A stretch of 64,000 bases of DNA from Octopus bimaculoides (lineage: Eukaryota): the NCBI RefSeq assembly GCF_001194135.2, contig NC_068984.1, forward strand, positions 34,124,640 through 34,188,639, in the 5' to 3' direction. The stretch's first letter is position 1. Every line of letters begins with the position of its first letter. Of the stretch, positions 38,301-50,760 are shown one piece after another. The translations under genes were made by a program, and so were the position numbers. The notes under the pieces are model-generated. The model had not been told where the DNA came from, ran no database searches, and saw only the letters and a list, made by a program, of their open reading frames with translations.

Positions 38301-38769
38301 ATATATTCTTATGTTACATTTAAGGAATAAGTATGTAGTACTATTATTTTGCTTTTGTTCTATTGAGACTGTTGTTGTTTATGGCAGGTTAAACATGAGT
38401 AAAATATAAGGAAATAGGGATAAGAAGAACATTCTAGAGTGATAGATTGTTAGTAGTTTGGGATAAATTAAATAAGGTTGTTGTTTGGAGATGAAAAGAT
38501 GAATAAGGTTTCTAAATGTAATCAATTTTATTAATGTTCATCTGCTGGAAGTGACAAGTTGTAATAATACTAAATTCTAAGTGCATATGCTATGCTATAT
38601 ACTTACCATTAATTTATTGGAAGATAGTTTTCATTTTGTATGTTACCTAGCAATATTGGAAATAGGTGGTAATAGCAGGTGGAAACCTTCCTCCAAAACA
38701 ATGAGGTTTATCTTAATGGAATAACTGGATATTTGTGTAATTTGTTTTTCAATGTGTATCATGTAAGGT

Positions 38770-39100
38770 CATATGTAAACTAGAACAGAATGAAGCTAGT
38801 GTGCTCTGATGAATATGCAATGTGCTTGTGTATTGAGAGAAAATTTAGACGAGAAGAATTAGTTGTAATATGCGAGAGAGAAGACTGCACTGGTTTAGTC
38901 ATATGATGCATAAGGATGAGGACAATTGCATAAAGATATGTCAATCATTTAAAGTGGATGGAACTTATGGAAAAGGAAAATCTGGGAAGACATGGGATGA
39001 ATTATTAAAAGCCAATCTCCGGATGCTGAGCCTTATAGAGGAGATGACAAAGGACTAAGATTATTGACGTTTTGTGGTACTTGAGAAAACTCATTCACCA
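38770..39100 (+). mobile_element. RTE LINE ORF2 C-terminal remnant
   Basis: ORF 38870-39058 MRERRLHWFSHMMHKDEDNCIKICQSFKVDGTYGKGKSGKTWDELLK; pattern equivalent to RTE RLRW(F/Y)GHV..RGRP.KTW. Confidence 0.8.
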
Positions 39101-39864
39101 CAGCAGAAATAATATCCTGAAACCACCATGGTTATGCTTATATGTGCAAGTCCCTGCTACTGCCACTAATCTTTCTACCCTGCCAAGCATTTCCTCCACG
39201 TCTCAACTCCTAATACTCATCATTTCTCTAATAATGAGACTACACAGCTGCTGTAATCATCTGAAAGCAGAATAGGCACATACTATATCCCTTCCTTTTT
39301 GGTCACTTTCCTTCCCCACCATTGGAACCACTTCCATTTCTCGTTAACTTTCCAGCTCACAATTACCACCAATCATCTCCTTTCTGTGTCTTCAGCCATT
39401 GTTCTCTCCCCTCTGTTATACTCTACCCTTAAAAGCTCTATTGTCTGCTATCACCATCAGTGCCTTCACATATCTACCATAGCCCCACTGGGCCACTACT
39501 ATATTTCCCCATTACTTGCTGCAGCCACCTTTATGCCATCTCTAACTATCTCTCCTCACACTCTTATGAAACTGCCCCTTCTATCTCCCCTATCCAATCA
39601 CCCAGTCCAATCCTCTGTACCATTTATATTCACTCCCCACTCTATCCTGAGGATATACCACGACATACTCCCACCACCATCTCTCTTTCTGTTTATCTTT
39701 TCCCCTAACTCTCTGTTTCTCTCTTTTCCAACAGCAGTAGTCATGTCATCTCTGCAGCAAAACACCTATCTCTATCCCTCTAATATACCTTTTCATCCTC
39801 TCATCAACTGGCACAAAGCCATCTATCTCAATACTACTCTACTTCCCAGTTGAGAGGTATTTGT

Positions 39865-40270
39865 CATCGTCATCGTCCTCATCATCATCATCATCATCAT
39901 CCTTTGGTGTCTGCTTTCCAGCTGGGTTAGACAGCTTGACTGGGACTGGTAAACCAGAGAGCTGCACCAGGTTCCTGTCTGATATGGCATGGTTTCTACT
40001 ACTGGATGCCCTTCCTAACACCAACCACTCCAAGAGAGTAATGGGTGCTTTTTATGTGCCATGACCCCATTGGTGCTGGTGCCATATAAAATGCACCCAC
40101 TGCATATATTAAATGTTTGGAGTTAAGAAGAGCATCCAACCATAAAAACTATGCCAAAGCGGACAGCAGAGCCACAGCACAGTGCTCTGACTTATCAGCT
40201 CTTGTCAACCCATCCAACTCATGCCAGGATGCAAAATCGTTGATAAATTATAACGGTGATGATAATAATG
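39865..40270. mobile_element. Two family B tails joined head-to-head (minus 39865-40062, plus 40075-40270)
   Basis: (CAT)n-rich tail on the left and degenerate GAT tail on the right; centre gggtgctttttatgtgcca...tggtgccatataaaatgcaccc. Confidence 0.7.
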
Positions 40271-41689
40271 GTGTGATGATCCTACTTAAATGGAAACAAA
40301 AATTCATTCATGGGTAGAGTTCAAAAATTTGAATGTAATTTCTCTCTTGAACACAATTCCTCAATTTATCAATCTTGGTTTTTGATTTCATTCTTTGTTT
40401 TAACTACACATTTTTATTTTTTGCAAGAAGTGTGGCTGTAATTGATCATCTCTCTTCATCTCTGTACCTAGAAAAGAGTATGATGATCATGTGAAACCTG
40501 TGATAATCAATAATTAGTGTGTAATATTGTGTGTTTGCACTCTTCAATAACTTCACCGAGAGCTACATCCTTTCAATAATGATATCATTTAAGGGTGTTT
40601 CCCCCTCATCACCTCTCCTCTACCCTACACTCTTTCTCTTAATAGGCAGTTTTTTTTTCTCCTACTTGATGGGCAGAGAAGAAAGTACATATTTTGACTA
40701 GTTTTCTGTTTGCTGATTTAATGAAGTGGAAAAGTGAAAATCAACTATTAAGTGATCATGTTTCCTTTAAAATAATGAGGATCCTCATTTACAGAAAACT
40801 CTTGAATTGAAAATTAATTAATAATTTAGGAGAGATTATGTCAGTATACATGCCAGAGTGACTGATGACATTTTTTTGTTTCCTTTGCACTAACAGTTTT
40901 AACTGAACTTCATTCAAATTGTAAACACTTTAAAATATGCATCATGTACTTACTAATGTGTTTATTTCTTTCCCTTTTTTTTTTATTTTTAAGCATTGTG
41001 GATATTTCATTTATTTTCTTATCTCTTTTCATTATATTCTAGTTATGAAAGCTTTCACTCAAGCTTAAAGAACTTTCATTATGTTGGCATTCAAGTTGTG
41101 TTGTCTTTTCACATTGCTTTCCTGCTAGTTATTTCATGAGTCAACAAGCAGCCAAAAATAAATGGGAAGCTAAACTGTTAAACTGAAAGTGTAATGAAAT
41201 AAAGTAGAAGTATTGTGGGTGCCTAATGGAAAAAGAAAAGAAAAAAAAACTGAAAACAAAAGAAAAAATTCTTTATTAACTGAGCTCATGAATTGTAAGT
41301 TGTTTTTTCAAATCTTGGTAGTATTTCACTTCAGTATCCAAATTGGACAATTTGTACAAATATATAGATTAAACCAATGCTTTTTTTCCTTCTATATTTG
41401 CTATGTTGCACTGTCAACATTTGATTTAAAAAGAATCTTCTTTTCAATCCATTTTTCAACCTTCTTTTGCATTCTTGTAAACTTACCTGCCCACTCACTC
41501 AATCCAATCCCCTGTACTACTTGACTCACCATCCACTGTAACTTGAACACATCTTCTTCATCATCTTCTCTCTCTTGCTACATTTTCTCTTTCTCTCTGG
41601 GGTGACCAGATATCTCCCTATTATACACTAACCTCTCATCATCTGACACAAAACTACCTCCCTTAATGCCAGTCACCACTCAATTGAGG

Positions 41690-41855
41690 GGGACTTATCT
41701 TGTGAGATGTTGCTTCTGCTGGTACCAATTAAAATGCACCCAGTAAAATCTCCTTAAAGAGTTTGGCATTCGGAAGGGCATCCAGTCATAGAAATCATGA
41801 CAAAGCAGACAGTAGAACTAGCCAAGTGCAGTCTTTAAATGATGATGATGATGGT
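41690..41855 (+). mobile_element. Decayed family B tail
   Basis: aaatgcacccag..gtttggcattcggaagggcatccagtc..aaatgatgatgatgatgg. Confidence 0.65.
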
Positions 41856-42562
41856 GTTTAAATTTAGTTTAAATTTCTAAATGTTTGCTATTTAATTTTT
41901 GCTACTGACATTTTGCAGAAATTTGGAGTAAGATACATTATATCCTATAAATTTCATGTATATTGAACTGCATGTATTTTTGTTGAGACTCTGTTCTTAA
42001 TAAATTGTTCTAAACAATTTATACGATGCTTTGGATTTAACACAGATAAAAACATCTTGCCCTGAGCAAAACACCAAACAGCAATACACAGTACAATAAC
42101 AACATGTATACCACCAGTAATATAGAATTAGACAGCATCTCTGAAAGTTGAAAGTAGGCTACCAGAATCATTCTCCCATGGTCAATGACAGTTTATTTGA
42201 ATTTCAAACCATGGCTGAATGAACAAATGAATACCAAATTCTCTTTAATGTCCGACAAGTGATTTGAGATGATATGTTGGTACAAGTACGAAACATTGAC
42301 CTGAAAGACTGGCCAGTTAATACAAATATAAGAAAAGAGCTTTCCCAACTAGAATTGAATGTGTTCAATCAAATAGCAAGAAATTACCTAAAAGGTACCT
42401 AATCAAAGAGTATAAAAGCAACATCTGAGACTTTAAATCTAAGAGAGAGACTAATACCCACATGTATAAGGATACACACACACACACGCACACACACACG
42501 CACACACACACACATATATAAGTATGCGTATGCATGTATACATAAATATATATGTGTGTGTA

Positions 42563-42616
<54 letters not shown>

Positions 42617-42814
42617 TATACGTATATATATATGCCTATATACAAGCACACACACATATATATATGTCTATATGTGTATCTGTGTGTGTATATCCTTATG
42701 TGCATGAATGTATATACAAAAATAGGCATTAAATATACATATATGTGTATAGATGCAGGTATACACTCATACATTCACATATGGATATATACATGTATAT
42801 TGATTTTACATATC

Positions 42815-43040
42815 ATTATCATGGCTTGTGACTTTAATGGACATATTGGGCAACACTATGATAGCTATTCCAATGTACATAGAGGCTATGGCTATGATAC
42901 ATGAACTGAAAAAGGTTCGAGCTCTTAGAGTTCTGTGATACAAATGATGTATTTGCAACATTAACTTCAGGAAACAGGTCAGCCACCTAATCACCTACGG
43001 CTCAGGTAAACATACAAGACAAATAGTCTTCTTTCTCATC
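42815..43040 (+). mobile_element. RTE LINE apurinic-endonuclease fragment
   Basis: IMACDFNGHIGQHYDSYSNVHRGYGYDT* followed by LEFCDTND..NFRKQVSHLITYGSG..QI motifs (G-D-F-N-G-H APE signature). Confidence 0.8.
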
Positions 43041-43079
43041 ATCATGAATCATGATCAACAGATAGTGGTAAATCTTTCC

Positions 43080-43260
43080 TTGATAAAGAATTATCATTTA
43101 GCATGTGTTTTCCATGCTGGTATGGGTTGGATGGTTTGACAGAAACTGGGGAATAAGAGGACTGTACCAAGCTCCTATGTCTGTGGCTGGATGCCCTTCC
43201 TGTCACCAACCACTTTACAGAGAGTACTGGATGCTTTTCGCATAGTACTGGCAAGGCAAC
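43080..43260 (-). mobile_element. Family B tail
   Basis: ttccatgctggtatgggttggatgg..ctggatgcccttcctgtcaccaaccac. Confidence 0.7.
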
Positions 43261-43649
43261 AATGCTCAAATGAGGGAAGAGGCTTTATGCCAAGTGATGA
43301 ATGGTTGAAGTATAACAGAGAAAGGGGACAGATATCTTATTGTAGATGAGTTATGGGATTAACTAGATGGAAAAGAAAACTGATGATGGTGAAGATGTAT
43401 CAAAGCATGTTCTCAAGTTACAGGAAGAGGAATAAAAGAGAAGTGATATGGGTGGGTAAGTAAGTTCATGGGAGAAAGAGAGGTGAGTGGCAGAAGGATT
43501 GAGATGAAGATAGAGGGAAATGATGAATATGAGTGGAATCATAGTCAATCATGGATATCAGTTGTAGGGGAAGGCAGAGAGGAAATAGGTGGCAGTAAAG
43601 ATGATTTGAAGTGTGAGGGGTGGTGTGCGAGATGCATGAGAGAGGGTAC

Positions 43650-43830
43650 ATGAACTGGAAATTCCCTGGCTGGTGAGCCTATAGGATGAGATAACGACAG
43701 AACAGGGCTAGGCTTACAATATTCCATCAAGGACAGCAGCTGGAGAGAACAAACAAGTTCATCATCAAGTAAAATACACATTTGATTTTGTACTCTATCA
43801 AGAGTTGACAGTACATGTTTAGAAAAACTC
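43650..43830 (-). mobile_element. Jockey/CR1-like LINE remnant
   Basis: Minus frame HVLSTLDRVQNQMCILLDDELVCSLQLL, homologous to the 37420 remnant. Confidence 0.5.
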
Positions 43831-43834
43831 AAAA

Positions 43835-44056
43835 TTTACTCTTTACTCTTTTACTCTTTTACTTGTTTCAGTCATTTGACTGTGGCCATGCTGGAGCACT
43901 GCCTTTAGCCGAGAAAATTGACCCTGGGACTTATTCTTTGTAAGCCTAGTACTTATTCTATCGGTCTCTTTTTGCCGAACCGCTAAGTAACGGGGACATA
44001 AACACACCAGCATCGGTTGTCAAGCGATGGGGGGGGGGACAAACACAGACACACAA

Positions 44057-44105
<49 letters not shown>

Positions 44106-44268
44106 TACGACGGTCTTCTTTCAGTTTCCGTCTACCAAATCCACTCACAAGGCTTTGGTCAGCCCAAAGCTATAGTAGAAGACACTTGCCCAAGGTGCCA
44201 TGTAGTGGGACTGAACCCGGAACCATATGGTTGGTAACAAGCTACTTACCACACAGCCACTCCTGCAC
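43835..44268 (-). mobile_element. SINE family A, full length, young
   Basis: Tail (ctttta)n, cagtcatttgactgtggccatgctggagcac, core ccactcacaaggctttggtc, head ttaccacacagccactcctgc. Confidence 0.92.
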
Positions 44269-44788
44269 CTAATGTTCAAATAGTTTTATGTTTGGGGAGG
44301 AGATCTAAGGTCTTGTAATAATACTATAGAGTTTCAGGTGTTTAAAATTTGTGAAGTGGGTATATAATTCAAACTACTCCCCTAGCAACAGGTGAAAGAT
44401 AATGATAAACTCTTGCAACAGCAAGAGTGGAAAGCACATAACACAGCCTGAATCTCAGAGCATTTTGGTTCCATTCTGCTTTGCAAATTCTACAGGGTGT
44501 CCACAAGGTCTGGGTACATGGAGTAAATAAAATCATAACATAAACAATTAAATATAAGAAATAATAATTTCTTAAAGTAGATATAGTCATTCTTTGAATA
44601 ATAATTTATTTTTGCCTGACTAAATTATTGCTGCTCACACAACATTTTAGGTTTTCCAGGACTGTGCAGACTTATTATCAAAGGCATTCCAGCCGTGACC
44701 CTCCTGTTTTTTTAGGAATATGTCCAGCATTACCTTAGCCCTTTTGTCCATTGCAAATTTCAAATTGCAGGATGTGTTTGCAGACTGT

Positions 44789-44847
44789 TATTTCTAGTTG
44801 GTTGCTATTTCTAGTTGGTTGCTATTTCTAGTTGGTTGCTATTTCTA
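44789..44847. repeat. 17-bp tandem repeat x3.5 (tatttctagttggttgc)
   Basis: Exact units at 44789, 44806 and 44823; partial at 44840. Confidence 0.9.
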
Positions 44848-45290
44848 TTGGTACATAAAACACCCTTAGAATCTCATTCTCTTTTTATTTGTGTGTATGT
44901 TGTTTATTTGTGTCAACCTTTATTTCGTAACCTAAAAAAAGAATGCTGAAATAAGTTGCATAAAGGCTACAGTGGTGACACAACATCTCATTCAGTCACA
45001 ATTTATTGATGAAATAACTGTTTATTAGCTCCTGGTATGTTAGCTTAAATCAAATAGATCTACAATCAAAGATATTCAAGTCATTACCATCTCAGGGAGT
45101 TTTTTTTTCTTTGTAATGGGGGGTTATACAAGAGACCACATCTTCCAATATATCTTTCTTTAGGCAAGTGTAATTCGAGGAAGATTTGGTTGTTATTTCT
45201 TTCAAGTTGTCTAAGTACATAGAGACTCTCTTACATTCAACTCTGTGCATGTGTGCATGTGTGAGTGTATGTATATGTGTGTGTGTGCAA

Positions 45291-45329
45291 GAGAGAGAGA
45301 GAGAAAGAGAGGGAGAGTGAGAGAGAGAA

Positions 45330-45374
<45 letters not shown>

Positions 45375-45388
45375 GAGAGAGAGAGAGT

Positions 45389-45422
<34 letters not shown>

Positions 45423-45424
45423 GA
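45291..45424. repeat. (AG)n/(AGAC)n microsatellite about 65 nt from the Ig-exon donor
   Basis: Direct reading; (TCTG)n(TC)n on the gene's sense strand. Confidence 0.95.
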
Positions 45425-45489
45425 AAGTGTGAGTAACTTAAGATTGCATGCATATTGTGTACAGTAAAGAAAATGTTGCTTTAACTCAC

Positions 45490-45777
45490 CATATAGAATC
45501 ATTTTCTCCTGGTCACTTCCGAGATGATTAGAAGCAACACATGTATATTCTCCAAAGTCTGATATCTCTACTGCCCGTATCCTCAGGCTTAAAGTTATAG
45601 TGTGCTCATCTTCATTATATGCTTCTGCACGATACTTCCATGAATTTTCTATTCTGTTAGAATTCTTTTCCCAGTGTGTTGCACCGAGTGGACTTGCTGT
45701 TACTGTACACTCAAGTATTGTCATTTTGCCAATTTCTTGTCCCATTCTTTTATTACGAACTCGGACTTCAGGAGGGA
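45490..45777 (-). CDS. Internal coding exon: Ig (I-set-like) domain of a lachesin/DIP/IgLON-like adhesion protein (probably the last Ig domain)
   Basis: Minus strand: strong acceptor tttcctttcttttcacag|TC CCT CCT GAA and donor CTA TAT G|GTGAGT; 288 nt, phase 1-1. Translation PPEVRVRNKRMGQEIGKMTILECTVTASPLGATHWEKNSNRIENSWKYRAEAYNEDEHTITLSLRIRAVEISDFGEYTCVASNHLGSDQEKMILY has the B-strand Cys, C-strand Trp and D-x-G-x-Y-x-C motif. Family assignment is from recalled similarity to lachesin/DIP third Ig domains. Confidence 0.93.
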
Positions 45778-46671
45778 CTGTGAAAAGAAAGGAAATGAAA
45801 AAAAGATTAAAGTAGGAATTTCATTTGGTTGCAATGTTACAATCATATGACTTTGTATAGCCTTGTATGCATATAAACATATTTTTATCAGATTATCTTC
45901 ATGCTTCTATATTTCTTTTCGTCTAATCCATCTCTTTGTCCCCACTCTCTCCCCACCTCAGTGCCACTTGCATTGCTTCACATCTCCTACTCTTACTGTA
46001 TCCCATCACTTATCCATCTCTGCAGTTGCCTGTATCAGACACTACTCTAAATAACATTACCACTTACATCATACTACTGCGTCATACCTTCATTTGGCTG
46101 TCCTGACCCTTCTGATATCATTGCTCTCTCTTCTTATCCTCTCTTTATTCATCTAAGCTAATGTACACACTCTAGGTTATTGAGTACTCGTGGCACTTAT
46201 ACACTTGCTCCCACTCACACACTTCTAGTCTTGATACTTCCTCTCTCACCATTTTCTTCTGGTCTACTTATAACTCACAATATATTCTCTATGTGGCTCC
46301 CTGTACAAGGTTCCATTCATTGTGTATTGTTGTTACAGAGAAAAGCCAACAAAACATGTTCCCTCAAGAGTAATTGATGAGTAAGACAAACACTCTTGTG
46401 CTGGTAATGCAAAAAATGGTACTCAGTAAACTCTGTAAACTTTAGGAAGGACATTCAGTCATAAAAGCCAAGTCAAATAACATACGAGCATTAATCAATG
46501 GGGACAGTAGAAGCTCTCAATTACCAGTGCCTCAGACTATGGCCCAATCCAACCTTTATCATCATGAAAAGTATATATAAATAAAAATGAAAAATGATGC
46601 TGCTGCTGATGATTATACATGTGTGTGTATACATACATACACACATACATACATACATACATACATACATA

Positions 46672-46958
46672 CATGATGATGGCTGCCCCCTCGTTATCGA
46701 GTATGGCCATTGCACGAAGCTTAACTTAACAGTGCTGTGATCGAATGTGACTTTTTAGCCCAGCCAAAGATCTACAATGTCTTGCACAGAGTTGGCATCC
46801 AAAACCTTTACTGTCAATAGCTGGCTGTCGTTGTAATTGGGCTCCATGTACCTTTGTGTGTTGTTTAAGTCCTCCTGCTGAATCACACTCCCTTCCACAT
46901 GCCCGACAGACATGATTAGTATGGTGTGTAGCATCATCACCAGCGGCCTATTAGTCAA
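46672..46958 (-). mobile_element. RTE-type LINE extreme 3' end with two intact C2H2 zinc fingers
   Basis: Open frame 46947-46726: AAGDDATHHTNHVCRACGRECDSAGGLKQHTKVHGAQLQRQPAIDSKGFGCQLCARHCRSLAGLKSHIRSQHC*, then a ~50-nt UTR and a short trinucleotide tail; embedded in (CATA)n. Confidence 0.72.
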
Positions 46959-46989
46959 TCATACATACATACATACATATACATATATA

Positions 46990-47185
46990 TCATCATCTTC
47001 ATCATCATCATCATCATCATTTAATATCCATTATCTATGCTGGCATAGCTTGGATGGTTTTGACTGAAAACTGACAAGCTGGAGAGCAGCACTAGGTTCC
47101 AATCTGAGTTGGCATTATTTCTACAGCTATATGCCCTTCTTAATACCAACCACTCCAAGAGTGTAGTGGATGCTTTTTACCTGCC
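46990..47185 (-). mobile_element. Family B tail
   Basis: (CAT)n..ttaatatcc..gatgg..ttctacagctatatgcccttcttaataccaaccactcc. Confidence 0.75.
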
Positions 47186-47924
47186 AAAGAGAGAAGCAGA
47201 GTGGGGGAGAGAAAGATGGTAGGCAAGCACACAATAATATAGAATGTGGGTGATGGATAAATAACTTTGAATGAATGGGTAACAAGCAATTTAAAAACTT
47301 GTGAAGAATCTTGTTGAGAGGAGTTCAGTAAAGAGTTTTTAGCCAATGAGTGTTTTCAAGCTAAAATTTATCTTCTAATGGACTGATCTGTTATGTTCCT
47401 GTAGAATATATGGAACTCAAGCCTATGTAATTCTAGGAGAATGAATTTTTATATTAATCCATCCAGCAGTCACTCTCTCTTTGTATATGTGTGTGTATAT
47501 ATATACATATATATATATATATATANNNNNNNNNNNNNNNNNNNNNNNNNNNNNNNNNNNNNNNNNNNNNNNNNNNNNNNNNNNNNNNNNNNNNNNNNNN
47601 NNNNNNNNNNNNNNNNNNNNNNNNNNNNNNNNNNNNNNNNNNNNNNNNNNNNNNNNNNNNNNNNNNNNNNNNNNNNNNNNNNNNNNNNNNNNNNNNNNNN
47701 NNNNNNNNNNNNNNNNNNNNNNNNNNNNNNNNNNNNNNNNNNATATATATATGTGATGTTTGTATGTGCGTGTGTCCTTTGAAAATGAACAAAAAGGAGA
47801 TGAAATATGTATTAGATATATGTTGATAGATTTTATTTTTCTATTTATTCGAAACTGAGTCATCATTTCAAGGGTTTCATTTCTACTTGAATCTAATGGA
47901 AAACTCAGTTTCCTTCAGATAAAT

Positions 47925-47961
47925 GCATCCTCCTCCTCATCATCATCATCATCACCACCAC

Positions 47962-48002
<41 letters not shown>

Positions 48003-48075
48003 CCATCATTATCATCATCACCATCACCATCACCACTATCATCATCATCGTCGTCGTCGGCGTCGGCGTCGTTGC

Positions 48076-48142
<67 letters not shown>

Positions 48143-48240
48143 AGCAGCAGCAGCAGCACCACCAGTAGCAGCAGCAGCATTATAGTCGTCATTGCCATCG
48201 TTGTCATCTTCATCAGTGTCATTGTCATCGTTGTTATAAC
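47925..48240. repeat. Compound trinucleotide array (CAT/CAC/CGT/CGG/CAA/CAG), about 315 bp
   Basis: Direct reading; adjoins a minus-strand retroelement-like end (cccatgcgagcatggg at about 48247-48262). Confidence 0.9.
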
Positions 48241-48504
48241 CATTTCCCCATGCGAGCATGGGCTGTAAGGAGTATTCTCCAGTGTGTCATCTCTCCGTTA
48301 GTAGGTCCCCTCAATCAGGACTGATCTGGATCTAAACAAAAACATTGATAAGTGTAAGTCCCTTAGTACCTAACCAGTTGAACCTAGTATTTCTCTGTCA
48401 ACCTTGCTATTTTCACCTGACATTTTATTTATTATTATATATTTCTATCTTAGTGCTGTATGTATTATATTGTTCTCTCTCGCTGATAATAAACATTTAT
48501 GGGA

Positions 48505-48700
48505 AAAACATCATCATCATCAACATTTTCCATACTGGCAAGGGTTGAACGGTTTGACAGCAACTGGCAAGGCCCGGGGCCACACCAGGTTCCATAGTCT
48601 GTTTTGGCTTGGTTTCTACACCCAGATGCCCTTCCAAATACCAGCCACTTTACAGAGTATACTAGGTGCTTTTCACAAGGCACCAGCATCCACACCAATG
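48505..48700 (-). mobile_element. Family B tail
   Basis: catcatcatcatc..ttccatactggcaagggttgaacgg..cagatgcccttccaaataccagccac. Confidence 0.7.
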
Positions 48701-50544
48701 CATTTTACATGGTACCCTGGTATGTTACAAATAACAATATTCATACTGGGATAAGTTTCACATCTTTAGGATACACTACTTAAGGATTAGTGTTGTATTG
48801 GTTGGCAAAAAGACTGAAACAGATTGGTTATCTCATCATCAAAAGGACCAGTGTACTTATTTGAGTATTCTTTCAGAAAACATCATTTAATGCAGTTTTA
48901 CAATATGTATTATTTTTAATGAATAGCCAATATATTGTGAATAATCCACTGAAGATTTAATATCAAATTGTAAAAATTTAAAATTTGATGCAATCAGCCT
49001 AAATAGTCTGTAACATTTTTGTTTCCAGTGACAGAAAATATCTTAAATTGATAATTTGCTTCAAAGAGATTAGTTTGTAATATCAAAACACAAACAGTGA
49101 AATCAAAATACAAGATGATATCAGCAAGAAATATCACATGATAGAAGGTTGGGTTGTAAGATGGAAGTGATAGCGTTTATTGAAATAACAAACAGACATT
49201 GAGCTAGAAAGACATCGTGTTACAGTAGGAGTTGACAACTATTGCAAGATCAGATGAATGTGGCAATTTCTAAAACAAAATAAGTATGATTTTATTAAAT
49301 TTACATGAGTAAATATTCATGATGTAAAAATGTGAACAACTTTTGAGAAATCAGTGTGGGTTTATATGCTTAATCATCCACATACAGCTATATATCTATT
49401 TTGAAGTAACCTGAAAATTATATATTAAATATGCTTATTTCAAAATATCACAAATTCATGAGAAAAAGTAATAATGATTAAATATAAAGCAAACACATTT
49501 TTTTTTTATTTCTTTATTTGTATTACCTGTTCCACATATTGGCAAATTTTAACACACAAAGATTATAGATTTTTATTTTAACTAGTATGTAAGAAAATAT
49601 TTGATTTATGAATGCTACCAATAGGTATTGTAAATGTTTGAAATTCCATAATTAGAATGTTTCTCTATTTTTCTCTTTCTTCCTATATATTTTTTTTCAT
49701 TTATTGTTCCTACTTTTTCCTATACATAAAATAGTATTATAGATTTCTTTGTGCCAAAAATGCAATACTTTCAGTTGAATATTCTATTTTGGTTATTTAG
49801 TTCTTGTTAAAGTAGTGGTCATCTAAAACTATAAAGTTGGTAATTTAGTATAGCTGAGAGGAAGAACAATATTCAGATTACTTCTCTCCCTCATTCTGGT
49901 TCCCAGCCAAAGCTAATGAACCCAGTCTCAGCTATTTACATATTTGCAGTGTCAGTGTATTCCTGATGCTTATTTGATTGATATCCTAGAAAACTGTATA
50001 AAAGACTAAAGCAATCCTAAATCGACATAAATATATAAGCTTATGATTCAAAGCTCTGCAATTTTATTACTTGATTAAGGAGTTATGACAGCCAAGATGA
50101 AAGGGTTCTAGCCTATCAGCTATAGAGTAATAAAGGTGTATTGTAATACTATTGTACTGTTATAACCTGGAGAGGGCACTGTGCCATTCTTGCTCTCCAT
50201 ACACATCAGCAGAGCAGGTAAGACTTAAACTGAAACTAACATTAAATTGATGAGTAGTGGTTTACAATGCCAAGATAAATAGAAACCTTATATTAAATAT
50301 TGAATGAGTAAATGACTGAATTTATGGATGAACCACTTAATAAATTTTCCAAACTTGGATGTAATTTATTCTTGTCAAGTATGAGAGTATAGCAACACCC
50401 ATGCACACACTCACGTATGCACACATGCATGCATGCATACACACACACATACATATGCGCACACACCTGAAATGAAAGTTTAGATTTTGTTAAGTCAGAG
50501 ATTGAAGAAGAAAGGATTAATTGTTATAAGTTAGTTAACAATAA

Positions 50545-50760
50545 TAGTCTCAAATTTTGGCATAAACTTGCAAGTTCAGGATAAGGATAAGTTGGTTACA
50601 TCAACCCCAGTGCTCAACTGGTACTTATTCTATTGACCAAGAAGGATGAAAGACAAAGACAACTTTGGCAGAATTTGAACTCAGAATGTAAGGATGGTGG
50701 AAATGCCACTAAGCATTTTGCCTGGTATGCTAACAATTCTGCCAGCTCATCACCTTGTGT
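50545..50760 (-). mobile_element. SINE family C
   Basis: Reverse complement: ccccagtgctcaactggtacttattc..gaaggatgaaag..gaatttgaactcagaa..ttctgccagctca. Confidence 0.8.

Noticed and set aside
45092-45489. C-terminal extension of the 217-aa ORF beyond the Ig domain
   Set aside because: Read-through past a consensus GTGAGT donor into a (TC)n microsatellite.
46726-46947. Member of the expanded cephalopod C2H2-ZNF gene family
   Set aside because: No TGEKP linker or start codon; finger spacing and 3' tail fit a LINE terminus instead.
47905-48259. Poly-His / poly-Asp / poly-Met proteins
   Set aside because: All frames are translations of a compound trinucleotide array.
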